This document shows positions 35,201 through 50,290 of a DNA stretch of 64,000 nt, piece after piece; the first letter of the stretch is position 1, and every line of letters starts with the position of its first letter. The stretch lies in NCBI GenBank assembly GCA_028023455.1, contig JAQFVV010000001.1, forward strand, positions 17,484,001 to 17,548,000. Direction: 5' to 3'. A program made the position numbers and the translations under genes. This stretch comes from Epiperipatus broadwayi (taxonomy: Eukaryota > Animalia > Onychophora). The notes under the pieces were generated by a model. It did not search any database, was not told where the DNA came from, and saw only the letters and a list, made by a program, of their open reading frames with translations.

Positions 35201-38200
35201 ATGATTAATGGGATTTTTTTTTTTACACGCAGATCTCTTATTACGAAAGAGAAGAATGTAGCTATGACAACTAAGATGAAAAGAAAATAATAACAAGAGA
35301 ATGTTATGCGTGGAAATGAAAAGAATCTTATTAATAAAATACACAATATAGGAAAATGTATATATTGTATTTTATAACTTAATATGTGAAATTAAAGAAT
35401 CTTTAGAAAATATATATCCTGTTAACCTAAATTAATTTAGTTAGCTAATAATTATTGATTTTTTAAATAATTTATGATGTTTAAATGTATATTTATATAT
35501 CTATTTCATTTTACTATTTCCTAAATATATTGCTTATGTATAAAATACTATTTTTAAATTTATATATATATATATTTCATTCTCTCTACATGTAATACCT
35601 TATAATTTTTTTTTGATGCTATGATACGCGAATATGTAACTTATTTTTGCAATTATTCCATGCTATGTATAATTTTACAGAAGAGTGAGTGACTTTTGTA
35701 ATAGTAATAATTTTTGAAAGCATAAGTATCATATGACTTAAGACTTTTATTTTTGCTTATTATTTGAATAAAATTGAAGTTTTACTTAGATACATCATTT
35801 TTGAGATCTCTATAAAATGCACTTTGGTTCATACAGTTATTTTGGAATATATATAAAAGTACATTGCAAACAAATTTTATGATTGTAGGATATCAGGTGG
35901 TAAAAGAGCTCTTTTGATAAATTGACATGTTTAGTATTAGTATTGGGTCTGAGCTAAAACATGTGATCAGATTAAAGAGGAATAATATTTATGACTGTTC
36001 TCATCATTTGTCACAATAATCAATGCTAAATGTGACTGATGTTTAAGGTAGTTGTGATAATATAATCATTTTATTAGATTAATATCTTTAATAACATAGG
36101 AGAATAAAGATTGGAAGTGATTTAAATGAAATCGATGCTATATTGGTTCAAATTATGTAAATTACAGAATCATTCAATTGATAACTTGTTTAAATCTTTT
36201 ACATCTGATAATATATGATGAAGTCATCTTTATTACAGTTCAGTATCATAAATTCTGTATGATGTGTATCTACAAGATACAATGTACTTGGTCAAAGAAT
36301 TACAAGATGAGATGTGTGTATATGCCAAAAGTTCTACAGGATGTTTTTTATCATATCATTTAAAATCTATTCTGCTATTTTTTATTATAATTTTTTAAAT
36401 CAATATATAGGTAGAGAGTATATTTTTTTATTGAATTACTAGATTGGTTTGATTAATAACACAATAGTTTTTTTTTCTGCTGAATTTTATGCATTGTGCA
36501 TTATACAAAGAAATTTTGTTTTATAGATTTAAAAATCTATGATGACAGTAGCATTAAAGATAAAATTTTGAGTACTCAATGAACTTTTTTCTTGACATAA
36601 TTGGCTTATTATCAGTTTACATAATAAAAAAAGACATCATTACTTAGCAATAGATTTTTTTTTCTATTTAAGTTATTAAGTTTTTTTAAAAAAACATTAT
36701 TGTATTTTTACTTGTTATGTGGATTAGTGAAAATATGGTTATTTAATTTAATGAATATAACTCAGAATTAAGAGAGGTTTTTTTTTTTATGAAAGATTAA
36801 TGTTTGATTCGTAGTGTGTTCTCTAATAGAGACATTATTAGTTACGAACTTGCTAATAGAATTGTTCTTCTGTGGACAATATCCATTATGTTTTACTTTC
36901 AGAATAATAAGATTTAATATGTTTTCTTCACTACCTTATGTCTTATCCACATAAATATTTTAGAAAGTCGAAAGAGAATATGTATTACTCATCAGATATA
37001 TACATATTGTACCAGGTTGTACCATCTTGCTGTTTTATTCACCCAGTTACAACCTGGTTTTAACTTAATTTACCATAATGTATCTTCTAATTTTTAGCAG
37101 TACTTACAGGTATAAATGATTAATGATTTTTGCTATGACCAAACCGCATCCTCATTCATCTGAATCAATAGCAAAGTATTAGAAAGATATGATTATATTT
37201 CCTAGTCATCCCCCTCCAGATAATATTATTTTATATTCTATTTTTCTACAATATCAAAATTATATCTTAAAAAATTAACAACTTGAGACAGCTTTTATTT
37301 TATTTTTTTAAAGAAACCAGTGTTCAGTGGATCATTTCTTTGAACACCATTGTCCAAAGGTTAATTAATTCACATTTTTTTTCTCTTTTTTTGTTTAGGA
37401 GATTCTTCCCTACGCTTATATCATTAAATAATTGAGTGTACAAGTAGTCTTTCATCCTGGAAATTAAATGGCTGAGTTTTCTGAATTTTAGTTTCAAAAT
37501 GGCATTTAATAAACAAGTAATAACATTAATCAAAATACAAATTATTCATTCATACATATCTTTACTGAACATTATTAACATATACATAGTACGTCATTAA
37601 AATAAATATGAATAAAATGTTACAAAATACAAAATTAATCTTAGATATCAATAGTAATAATAAAATTTTGGTTAATCATAACAATTAAGCAGTTTTAGTC
37701 AGTTCATTAAGAGTTTTTCAATTAAAAGTTAAACGGATATAGAGAGCTCTCATTCATCTTACAGGGAATATTTATTTTTAATATATTTACATGTGATATA
37801 TATCTAGATCATGGCCACAGATTTTAAGTTTCTTATACACACTACTTTTATCCATGACAAGGTGTTTAAGATCAAGGGCTCGTCTCCACAGTGAAATAGA
37901 AAGAAGATATCAACAAACATATCTGGAGCCTTAGTAATGTACTCAGTTTGAAACTTCCCTGAAAGTAAAGACTACCATGTGGTAAATTATTCTATACCAT
38001 TCTCTGGACTTTTTTTCATGTGATCTGCTACTCTATGAAAAAAATACAACTCCAATAGTAGTCCAATCAGCAACCAACAATGTAGCAAACATTCCTCTAT
38101 ATCATTAAATAATATAATAACCACGCAAAAACTAAAACAAAAGTTGACAGGGTTGTCTTTTATACTCTATGGCCTGTCTTCCAGGCATGTATCTTGTTAT

Positions 38201-38933
38201 ACTTTTTCTCTCTTCATTCTTCAGGAATTTAATCACCAGCAAAACATTTTATTTCAAAATTGATTATAAGCTGAAATACATAATTTTCTTTTGTTCTAAA
38301 TATAACACTCATTTCTGGCTGTAATATATTTTCGGCAGCCAAACAAAATGTATACTTTATAAGAAAAAAACTATGTTTAATACCTACAATTTATTTTTAT
38401 AATATTTCTACATTTTTATTTATTAAGTTTCTAATTACATCAATCCTCTAATTACCCTTGCTGTTGATCGACATTCCGATTGGCCATCTTTAATTAGTGA
38501 GAGAAGAGATATAACACCTTCCCTCCTTTTCTAATTCTAGATAATTATCTTGATTACATTTTTTTCTCTTATCTCTTTTAAATCTTCAAGTATATATATA
38601 TTATCTGCGTGGTCAAACAAATAATTTTCTTGCTTATTAATGAAACAAAATTTATCGTTTTTTTATTTTTCTAGAAGTATATATTTTCTTTCAGCAATCT
38701 CCACCCCCCCTCTTCCCAGAATGCCAAATATGATAGTACAAACAAAATTAACGGTACTATATATATGTACATATTAATCCGAAGTATGTTGATGATGAGA
38801 GGCACATTTTTTTCATTAAAAGTTTGCCTAATATTCATTTAATAAATTTCATAAATATTTTAGAAACCGAAAATTTGCAATTATTAATATTAATACATTG
38901 CACAGGCTTAAACCTGTGTTTATATATGTAATA

Positions 38934-39004
38934 TAGGCGGGATTCGAACTAAGACTTTTACACGACTCACTACTCTCAGTGCCATCTCATATTGCTGAGC
39001 CACC
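38934..39004 (-). promoter_or_regulatory. tRNA-like Pol III internal promoter (SINE-type head)
   Basis: Minus strand GGTGGCTCAGCAA (A-box-like) ... AGTTCGAATCCC (B-box); does not fold as a full cloverleaf. Confidence 0.7.
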
Positions 39005-39031
39005 TGATCACACACATGTTGAAAAGATAAA

Positions 39032-39088
39032 TAATCACCAATATACGTATTTCATGCTAAACCAGCAATCATCAGTTGGTCTAGATTA
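39032..39088 (-). ncRNA. Type I hammerhead ribozyme (third family)
   Basis: uaauc-uag-accaa CUGAUGA u-ugcu(gguuu)agca-u GAAA uacgua U A uuggu-gauua: intact core, palindromic stem III, stem I 5+5 bp with a 3-nt bulge; NUH=AUA. Confidence 0.9.
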
Positions 39089-39883
39089 CTATCCTCACAC
39101 ATATATATATAATCAGTATTCAGCTTTATATTAAGATATCCAATCTTCATACTTTAATGGAAAGGCTTCAAACTATTCCAACTCACAACTTTTCAGCCTT
39201 CCATTTCATTGAAAATCTGATGATGGAATGTTCAAAGCCCTTGTTAGTGCCAATGTTGTCATCCTACCCATGTTGACATATTAGTCATTCTGCCCCCTCA
39301 TGTACAGGAGAATAATCCATTTATACATACATATGTGAGGGATGGGCAGACCTTTTATACACTATTTATATAAATATTAATATTAAAAAATACTGTTATT
39401 TTATCTTCCAGAGATTTTGTAATCGCAGTAATATTTTTGTTTTAGAAAAATCTGCAAAAATATTTGATAATACTTTATAGCAGTATTAATTGACTATTTT
39501 GATTAAATATTTTAATTTATACGATTTCTTTGTACAGTGTTAGTAGTGTTTGAAGCATTTTGCTGCTGAAAATTGAATTATATTTATATTTGAGATTACA
39601 TTAAAAACAAGCAAATAATATACAGTTGTCTATACAATAGTTTTATTAATTTCATTTTAATCTTATTATAAAATTCAGATTTTTATTTCTAAAATAGTGT
39701 TAAAATAAATAAAACATTTGGATTACTATTACTATTTTGGTGGAAAACCAGACTTTGCATTAACAATTGATGTATTCTCTGTAAGAATAAACCACATTGC
39801 ACACACACACACACACATATATATATATACCATAGTAAGAGTTTATGATTATATTTCGCTTCAATTAAAATAATTGATTAGTC

Positions 39884-40121
39884 GTGCGCTAGTAAGTAGC
39901 TAAAGAGAAGTTTGAGCTTTAGTGTTGATGTATTAATATATGCTAAATGCTTTATTCATAGCTGAATGAGTTTATAGCTGAGTTATGAGATAACTCATTT
40001 AGCTATGAATATAAAAGCATAAGCTTTAAAAAGCGCTTAGCGTATATTAATACATCAACTAGCGTATATTAATACATCAACTAGAAAGTTCAAACTTCTC
40101 TTTAGCTATGTACTAATGCAC
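39884..40121. repeat. Fold-back / MITE-like inverted repeat with an internal ~22-bp tandem duplication
   Basis: gtagctaaagagaagtttga.../...tcaaacttctctttagctat; agcgtatattaatacatcaact twice in the right arm. Confidence 0.8.
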
Positions 40122-43100
40122 CACTCAACAAGTACATACCATAGATAATATATAATAAAATAGTTTTGTATCAAAGATTTAATATCAGAATAGATGATAA
40201 TTGTCTACATATTCTAGTAGAACGTATTTTATTCTATGTAAGATATAATTATTACTTATTCTATGTGGAATAGAATATTATAACATTTGAACAGTTATCC
40301 AAACCAACAATTTTATGAAAAAAAGATTACTGTTTGACACCATTTTAATTTTTTGCCAAAAAACAATTTATGTAGCATTAATAACATTAATAATAAATTT
40401 TTGGATGAAAACAAGTTTTTGATTTTTCCAATAGAAAATACAATCGAGATTGTTAATTTTTGTTATTTTGTCTTTTTTTTCATACTTTTACTACAATTTG
40501 TAATAGTATTTATTGAAAAGAGTTCTGTAGGATAGTGACTAGGATAATGGCCATGCCATAAAAATCAAATTCAAAGCATTTTTTTTTTTTAGATATACAA
40601 GAATTTTCGGTGAACTTAGGACCATATATTACTGAATGATAAGCAAATAGCTGAATATTTTTTGCTGAAAGAGAATAAAAATTTTAAATAAACTGTCGAA
40701 ATGATGATTTAAAAGAAAGGACATAATTGTCATAGTATAACTTTTATCACAAATAAAGACTATTATGTCACCATAAATAGGTACCGGTTTAATTTATCTT
40801 ACTTTTTTAAAATTATGAAGTTTAAGGACATGATATTTAGGCATTCAGAATATAAATTAAGGATGCATTATACATAATTAAAATGCAATAAACATTTAAT
40901 AGACAAACGAGAGAATAGACATTTATTTATGAACAGTTTTTATATAACTTATCGTTATATATATATTTAAGATAGTCAAAAGGATTGTTTATCTTCTGTT
41001 AAGCTTTATTTTATAGTTTTTTATTTACATGAAAAATCGTCTAATAAATTATTGACAGACCTTCAGTTTTTAAAGACTTTTTAATGCACTATTCTTTAAA
41101 TGTTTTTTAACAGCTTAGTTGGATGTCACTTCTCTTTTTCAAATAAAAGAGCACTCACTTTTCTGCAATAGTTTTGTAGTTAAGATACGGAAAGATAAAA
41201 TATATTTGAAAAATACGTTAAATTGAAGCTGTTAACAAAATAAATACATAAAAAAAGAAAGAAAGATCGAATTTAAATCATTTACGAACAAAACGAAAAT
41301 AAAATACTTTTGTTAAAAGAGAAAAAAGATTTATGTAATTTTTTTCATTTTTTATTTTATTATCGAATCTTGGGTCCAAATGAACAAAGCGCATTGAAAA
41401 AATAAGTATATATATGTTTAAGAAGAAACAATAAATTAGAAAATATGAACGATTATCTATCAAGACACAAAATGAGCGGGCTATTGTTAAAATAAAAAAA
41501 ATCTTTAGTACATATCTGTAAAATTGTAATGGTAGAACAAAAATATTTACAAGTACAAATGCTTTAATCAGCAACGTAAGAAATTACAAATTGCCAAATC
41601 TTATATTATAATGTGTGAAAACATTGAATAAAACTTAACAGATAATAATTACAAAAACTATTATAAATACTGCAATCTTTAATTAATTTCATTTAATTAC
41701 AAAATTGTAAGCAAATGCAGATTTTCTATTCCTACTCTAGAACCATTTATAATAAACATGAGTGTTGAATGAATATCAAGTAATAACACAATTTAATCCT
41801 TGTCTGCATCGATACCATTTTAAACTCAAATCCTCATTGATAAAAATGAAAGTCAGAAAGTGCTATGAATTTGTGAATTAAATCACACTTCACTTTTTAT
41901 TTTTCTATAATAAAAAAAATTAAATCATACTTCACTTCTACCTGATAATTGCTAATTACTACAGCTTTTAAATATTTCAGAGTTCTAATGCGAGATTGTG
42001 GTAACACTGATGATCGTTCAGTCTTTTCAGCTGCACTGCTATTAATAATAACAAAATCCTTCATTTGGGAATCTTTGGAGAAATTACAGATAGTCCTTCC
42101 ATTTTTCTTCCTTCTTTAAATACTTCTATCACTATTTTAATAATTTTGCAGTCATTTTTGATAGTAGAAAGTTAAACAAAAAATTTATTATTTTAAAAAA
42201 GTCTGAAGAGATCAGTATTCTGCAGTCATTAGAAATTTCAAAGTAGTCAAGTACTATTAATCACATCATTGAGTGCTAACTTCTTTTGTACTCTAGTATA
42301 GAGATCATATTTTTCATTAAATGTAAGAATTAATTTTTTTTACATAGTTTATTTAAATATTTATGATTATTTTTACATAATATTTATATAATAATTATTT
42401 AAAAGCAAAAGTATAGATGATTGTACTTGGGTTTTATAGAAATATGTCCTTATTTTTAAAATTATAATAAATTCATCATAATGGTAAATAAATAAATTAT
42501 GATGGTATGATTGATAACATTTTTAAATCACTCTTTAACCAAATTATCTTAATATTTGTGATATTTTAAAATTTATAAATGCAATTTTAAATTTTAGAAT
42601 AAAAGTTGATACATTTATGATGGCTTTAACATTAATTTTGTTATGTTTCAGTGATTATTCTAGTTTTTTTTGTTACATCATTCAATCAGAAAAAAAATTA
42701 TTGTCCTTATTACATATTTCACTTTATGATTATTTCTATATTTTCAATTTAAATATAATTTTTTGGGGTGTTTTTCATTTGTAATCTTATAATTTTAACA
42801 AATCAAATCCAATTTACTATTTTCTAATATAGATTAATTGTTTAATGATTACAAAAATTGCCACTTGGGGGAACAATGAAAATGTGTCCATTAATTTACA
42901 AGTTAGTACTGTTTGTAGTTTTGTATTTATCATTGGCAAAAAGTGAAAGTAAAATAATATTGATTTATTAATTTAAAAATAAATTTCAAGATCTCAATAA
43001 GTACAAAGAAATTTTATACAAATAAAATGACAGTATTGCTAATTAGTAGTTTTTTTTTGTTCTCAGGCTCAAGAGTGCTGGCAATAGCTTTTGTGAGCAC

Positions 43101-43628
43101 TCATTCTTTTGCTTAAATTTTGAAAATGGAAACATGTTTTTCATAGTTTGTTTATATAGTTATCATTATTTTTGCAAAATAATTGTAAAATATTTTTTTC
43201 CACAATTATTTTAATTCAGCCCAAATTTTATTCAAAAATATCCGTTTTTAGTAGATAAGGCAAAAAGGTATAATGTGAAGCATGGAAGTATGTGATTGGT
43301 TGAAAAAAAAAAATTTCATAAACACAATAATTGCTATCTTTTGTCATATATTTAACATTTTTAAACATAAATTTAAAAAAAAAAAGTTTAAAAGAAATAT
43401 TCATTTAATTATGAAACATTTTTACTTATATGAGAGATTAACTTAATAACTAGCTATATTTTATGAGCAATGGAGGCTCATGACCTAGCATATTAATTAT
43501 GTATTGAGCGGAGATCATCTAGTCATATTTAGCATAAATAATAACTTCATATTTTAACTTAACTAAAAGAAAGCAATGGTTCGAGTTTGATATATATATA
43601 TATTTAAGATTTATTAATAACAAAATTA

Positions 43629-44507
43629 TGTCGGGTTATTTAGCCGACGTGAGCCTTGGAAGTATTATATATATGTGTTTGATTCATATTTAACAATAAC
43701 ATTATCTTTGCAGCTATGCCAATAATATCTATATGTGATTTAATGAATTAGCGCTATTAGAATACATTATTGGAATACTATGACACCCCCAGAGATGAAA
43801 AGAGCATTTACTTAATTTAAACAACAATAATTTCATAAGCAGATATTATGTTTGGTTACATTCAATATTATGATTAATTTGAGTTATAGATAATTAATGC
43901 ATGGGATGGGTAATGAATAATTATATAAACGATACTAAATCTATCGCATTAATACTTATATTAAACTAATGGAAATATGTCTGTTTAAAGAAATCACTTC
44001 ATTACGGCTGGGCGACTAATAAGACACTGAAAGGCGGTGCGTGCATAGTGGCTGATTGGGTTGGTCCAATTATGCCTGGAGTGTGCTTCATGAATTTTAA
44101 TAATGAAGTAGACCGATTTCCTCTGCAAACGTAGGCAGGGTCAGTATGATGAACGAAAGAGTCCAAGATTCCCTGGAATGAAGTACAGGCGAATCATGGA
44201 TGACGAAGAGTGGTCGGCAACGACTTTATTGGGCTGGTTTCCCAGATCTCTCCCCATATAAAGCATGCACATAAGACCAAGGATGTCCCCAGGGTGGTTT
44301 TACAGCCTGGTTTAAGGACATTGAGAATGATGATGGGGCTCGATTGTGTGATTACCTCCATACAAGAGAGAAGCACGAACATATATAAAATGAAATTGCC
44401 TCTATGCACGAAATGCTTAATAATATAATATAAATATAATTCTAAAATTAAAGATTATCAAAACATATTTATTGCCCATAAATTATGAAATATTCGGCGT
44501 AATGACA
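43629..44507. mobile_element. Possible solo LTR / unclassified GC-richer repeat
   Basis: TGTC...GACA termini and TATA-like motifs; shares a 29-bp motif with 61344-61457; no TSD found. Confidence 0.3.
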
Positions 44508-47500
44508 TGGCTTCACTAAGCATACATGGATAATAATTATACATAAAGATAAAACTAAGATGTTAAGATCCCCTCCCCCTTACATTATGTTACTTAATAT
44601 TATTCATTACTTTTTACACATTTAATAAATCTCAATTTTGGTTAATCAATGCCTTTGTGAAAATATATAAATGATTACAAAATAAGTGGGTGGTGGTAAT
44701 AGCTAAGATGGGTTTTACATATATAATATAATTTAAGAATAAAAGATAGTGCATTACAGTAAACATGAAAATTATAATTAGTTTATTTATCAAAATCGCG
44801 AGCACCTGGGCAAGCCAAATAAGACTTGTTTTGATCAAATTATAAATTATTTACCCAGTAAATGATGGGTGGGAAAAACAAAATGAGTTATATGCTTGCG
44901 ATTTTAGAATATCATTGGCATTTCTTTTAAAATATAAATATATAGATCAAATTGAAAATTGTTTGCCGCTTGGAAATAAAAGAAAAGAAAACCATTATAT
45001 AGGAGGCTTAATATAGATTAGTTATATAGAGTTATAGAATACATATTTGAAGACATTTAATATAGATGATTTAAAAATATAAATATTACAGAGAAGGCAG
45101 GATTTAGGAATTATAAGTGGTCAAAGTTATTTTACCTTGCTTATTTAGAAGAGCGATTTCACCAGGAGTCAGTCCATCAGTATTGTTTCAATAGATCTAG
45201 GATAGCATTATTATTTGAGAATTAGCATTTCATTTTCACTGGAAAAATACATAAAGTTCAGTAGTACGGGATGCAGAGCTTTGTTCATGGGAACAGCATA
45301 TTAGAACGGAGGGAAAAGGTGAAATTTCCTACTCACGACACATTGAGTGAGAATTAAAACTGGTGTGGAATATGTATAGCAACATAGTTATTTAATGGTC
45401 TCCTCCTTTGTGGATTCAAATCCAGCAGTATATATACTTTTATTTTGAAGCTGTAACTTAGCAACTACTGCTGGACCTGAGGCAGTTTAAATACTTAAGT
45501 TTCATCTGGAATAGTTTGACCAGATACTCTTATCTAGTAAGATGTTTGAAACAATGCAAGTTTGTTATCAGTTTCTCGAACGATTGTTTTAAAATATATC
45601 TTATGATTTTTAAAACAAGCTAGCGTGGACAATTTCCACTAATGGGTTTATTTTATTATTACCAATTCATAATCTTTTACTTTAATCTAAGGGGTCTTTC
45701 GGGTAATTGTTTTTTGAGAGACTTTTTAACAAGATTGCATCATTTCTGGCTACAAAATTATATATGAAAAAATAATGTTTCATATATAATACGCTATATA
45801 TAATATAACTTTATTAATATATTCACAATCTCCTTCACTGAAATATATAGATATTTACTATTTACGCCCACATACACATGAGAATATTATTATTAAATAA
45901 AATATTTTTAAATTAACATACATACGTGTTTGTGATTTATGTTATAATATTAAGCAAAAGAAATATATATATTATTAGCTATGTATATATGTGTGCAAAG
46001 GTGGGTTTGAATACAGTTAGATGGTAGGAGATTGGATGTGGGATGTGAAGCAGGATCTGAGCATCAGATCATCTGCTTCAATATAAAAAGATGGTCTTGA
46101 CAACAAACAGATTAGTATTCTTGGCTCTTGATATTTTTTAAGTGGGCATTGCTTTTGGGTATTTAGATATATACATCTCATTATATTTCACCAAGTTTTA
46201 TACACCTATACCCCACTTAGGCAGGACTTTTATATGAGAATTCCCATAGTGATTATAAGAAATTTTACCTTCTATTTCGATTTACAACTGATTATTGGTT
46301 ATAGTGATTGCAAAAAAAGAAAATAATATTTTTGGCAGTCATTTTGAAAATGTCAGCTATCTTGTGATATTGATGACATCTTAGGATATTGATTTCAAGT
46401 CATCCAAAAAAAAAATGGTCACATTAATGTTTAAAATTATACATACTACAATAAAAAATATTATGTAATATGTTGATTATAAAATTAAAATACAATTAAT
46501 GTATTGTACTTCAATTTTTTCCAGTATTTTTGCCAGGCAATCAATACATTAATTAATGATATTTAAAGTAAAATTTATTGGCTTTAAAAGTAAAAAAAAC
46601 ACTTCATTCAGTACAATAAGTAATCAAAAGCTTATTTTGATGCTGTACGACAACAAAATATATTAATATTATATTTTTAAATGTGTACATAAGCTTAAAA
46701 ACTGTAGATTCACTCACTTTTATAGATTAAAATTCTTATTAACAATATTTTGCTTGCAGCAAAACTTGACAAAAATTCACATCAGGTGGATGAATAAAAA
46801 ATGTTAGAATATTTATTTTGCATCACATTTTAATACTTTGTAAAAAATTCAGTGAAATATAATTTTAAAACCAAAAAGTGTTCGTAAAATAATATAATAA
46901 CTTTATAAATATGAAATAAACTGCAATATATAATAGGCAACATAAACGTATTTGGAGTGAAATAAAATTCATTATTGCTACTGGATTTTTTTTAAAGAAT
47001 ACATAAAGCAATGAAATTACATTCTAAAATGTAAAATTTCATTTATAATTATTATAAAAAAATGGCGTTTTTTAACCAATGAAAATGTCTTGTTTTACGT
47101 TTTTCTTAATTTTTATATTTCTAAAAAGACATATTCTCAAATCAAATTTGAGTCTAAACATCATATTCTTATCAAAAATAAGTATTTTGCAAATAATTTG
47201 CAAAAGTAATAATAAATATATAATAAAGTATGGAAAACAATCAATTTTCATTGCTAAGTTTGAGAAAAAGATGAAATGATGACTACTTTGAAAACAATGA
47301 ACCATTGTTTAAAAACTTGTCCAATACTCTTTAAATAATGTTCTCTACTGAACTGGATACTTTTTCCACTTCAAAAGCAATCATTGTGAAATCAAAACTA
47401 AAATGTATATTTATAAATATTTTAATTTAAAAAATTTATATTTTATTTATTTTATTAAGAGTATGGAAATCATAAAAATATTTTAATTTAAAAGAGTTTT

Positions 47501-49659
47501 GATTGAGATAAATTTTTTGTTTGTTTTAATCTATTTCAAAAACAAAGAGTCAATTTTTTTAAATTTATTAAAAATAGTATTTGAGAAATAAAACAGGATA
47601 AAGAATAGCATTGGTTAAAACTTTAATTAAGATCTGTCAGAAGATAAAGATAAACCCTGGTTAGATTTTAAGATCTGGATAAAGATAATAATAGTATATA
47701 AAAGCTCTGTTTTAGCTAATTGCCGACTGCTGATGTGATTTTTTAAATAGTTTTTAATTGTGAAGTGAAGTTGGCTAATACACAAAAGAATATTGAATTG
47801 CCAATTATTAATTTCTGATTAATAACTGCTAATAAAACTATGCTTAATACTGAAAATTGCTACTATCCATTCATAATACAGAAACCACCCAAATTGAAGA
47901 ACCATATTAAAAGTATGTCATGCTAAAAACCTTCCAAGATACATCCCAGAGTTCAATAATTGTGACATCAGTACATGTCTTAATGTATTAAAACAGGCAA
48001 AACTCTCCATACAGTAGTGCCATGTGATGTTTAGTATTTTAATGTCTTAATGTGCTAGTTCAAAACTGATCATGAAATTGGCCTTCATATTCCATGACCA
48101 GATTAATGGAGATGAAAAAAGGAAAAAAAATCATAGTAGTGTGCTCCTGATAGAATAGAACCATATGCACACCACTGGACTAAAATCCGATAAAAAAAAC
48201 AAGCATGGAAGGTAACAGAACATTCTCCTATTTTAACCAGGAATTAAAAAACTAAATTTTATACTCAAAGCAAAATAATATGAACATAAGATAGGATTAT
48301 TAGTAATAGTTTAGACTTTGTTAGTAGTTTTCTAAATATTCTGTTTAATATCTGTATTTTCTTCTATGATCCATAAATTGTAGATAATTAAAGTAATATT
48401 TTATTTTTATTGCTTTGTCGGAGAGTGTATTATGAGTGGTATTTAATTTTTTTGATATTATTATTATTTGTTGTTAAAAGCTTTGGCAGATAATAGTTTT
48501 TCTTTTTAGATCATCTATCCCCTTTTATTTGAAATTAATTTAGTTTAAGGTGTGTTTGTGTATCCTGCAGACCATAAATCTTTTGGCTAGTGATTTATCT
48601 ATTATGTAATTCTGTTTTTCTTGTAAGCCATTGAGATTTTCAGATTTCCTTGTATTTATTATATTAAAGGTTAAGAAATTATAATCTTGTCTCTCTGCTT
48701 GTACAAAAGTAACCTTAAGGGCCATATTGTAATGCGACCTCTCATGAGTGTTTATGGAGCATATGACAATGTTATTTTGCCCTATTGTTTTTATGGGATT
48801 AAGGAAAGCCCTACATGTTGTTTGTTGACTTCTGTTCAAGATCATCTTTATTAAATCTCTAAATAAAGGAAAATAGAAATTAAAGAGTAGATAAATCGAT
48901 AGCAGAAAGATCATTATAGCCCCTATAAGTTAGATGAGAAAGCAAAATTATCTGCTGAAGTGTTTGATGCTACAATACTCTCATGTACTTTCAGACAATT
49001 AAGAGGTAGAATTTAAATCAAACTTTTATATTTTTGTTTGTCTAATAATTTTTTGAATTTAATAAAATTTAAAAATTATTAATAATTATATCTATTTTTG
49101 GATGATGTTTGCTTCTATATCTTGTCTGTCAATTGTTTGAACAATGTTTAAGATCTCTTTCTCTCCCTGGATCTAGCTGGCGAGATTTATATTTATCATC
49201 ATTAACTTTTTGATCACCATAAATTAAATTTTATATGTTTACAGTGGTATAGTGGTGCCCTCAGTGATAAAAAGAAGTGGAGTGTCTGCTACAATGGATA
49301 TAAAGACTTTAGCACTGCCAACATGTGGCTTCAAGTTTTAAAACCTATGTGAGATTTTGTTCAGACAGTTGAGAAATATTTCAGGAGTAGGGAGGCAAAA
49401 TTTTAAGTTAGAATCAGTTTATGCTAGTAAAGGGGTGTGGTTGGTGGAATAGTTTGGAGTAGGGATTCATCTTTTTAATGTGAATAAATAAGTAAATTCT
49501 CAAATAGTGTTTTTTTTTGATTTCTAAAAAAATTTTTTGAATGTAAGGAAATAAAGAAATAAATATTAAGTAGTTATATATTTTTAAAAAAGTAAAAAAA
49601 TTGTAAAACTGAAAATAAAAGGTGAGAAATATAGAAATATTGGGGTTCAATCTTGCTTA

Positions 49660-50290
49660 TGAAAATGAAATTCAATGAACAAAATGATAATGAAGTACTT
49701 GAGGAAGAAAACCCTATTTTTTTTCAAAAATCCCCAAGTAGTTGAAAGAGAAAGAGAAGTGACAGAGTCACAGGTGATGATGAAGACAATGATGGAGATA
49801 ATAAAAAATAGAGAAATAAAATAAAAAATCAGCAGAATATGATGAAAGAAAATAGAGAAATGCAACAAGAGTTACTAGAAATGAAAGAAAGTCAGCAGGT
49901 GATGTGGGAATAGCTTAAAACAGAAATGAAAAGAATGAGACAAGAAATAATCGAAAGAGTGGAGAAAGATCAAGAGGTCATAGAAACCATAGATTTGACT
50001 AAAGAATTTTAGGAAGTAGAAAATAAAATTAAGATGGTAAAAGAAGATGTGAGAGAAGTTAGGATGAGTTGATGGAAGATAGCATTAGGACAGTTAATGT
50101 GGAAATAAAAAGAGAAGAGATATGAAAAGATTGGATACAGATAGATAGTTATGGAAGACAGTTAGAGCATGCATGTCATGATATAAAAAAAAGTAGGAAT
50201 AAGTTAAAGACAGAAAATAATGTAAAGGGGTCTCCACAAGAAACCAAAGATAAGTTGATTAAGATAACTGTTTCTTCTGAACATGAATTT
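49660..50290 (+). pseudogene. Decayed coiled-coil (gag N-terminus-like) coding remnant
   Basis: MMKENREMQQELLEMKESQQVMWE*LKTEMKRMRQEIIERVEKDQEV...; same character as 11260-11976. Confidence 0.5.

Noticed and set aside
37108-37159. Minus-strand exon with good acceptor and GTAAGT donor
   Set aside because: Stop codons in all three frames; could only be non-coding and has no other support.
44146-44340. Box C (AUGAUGA) snoRNA candidates
   Set aside because: No suitably placed box D (CUGA) or terminal stem.
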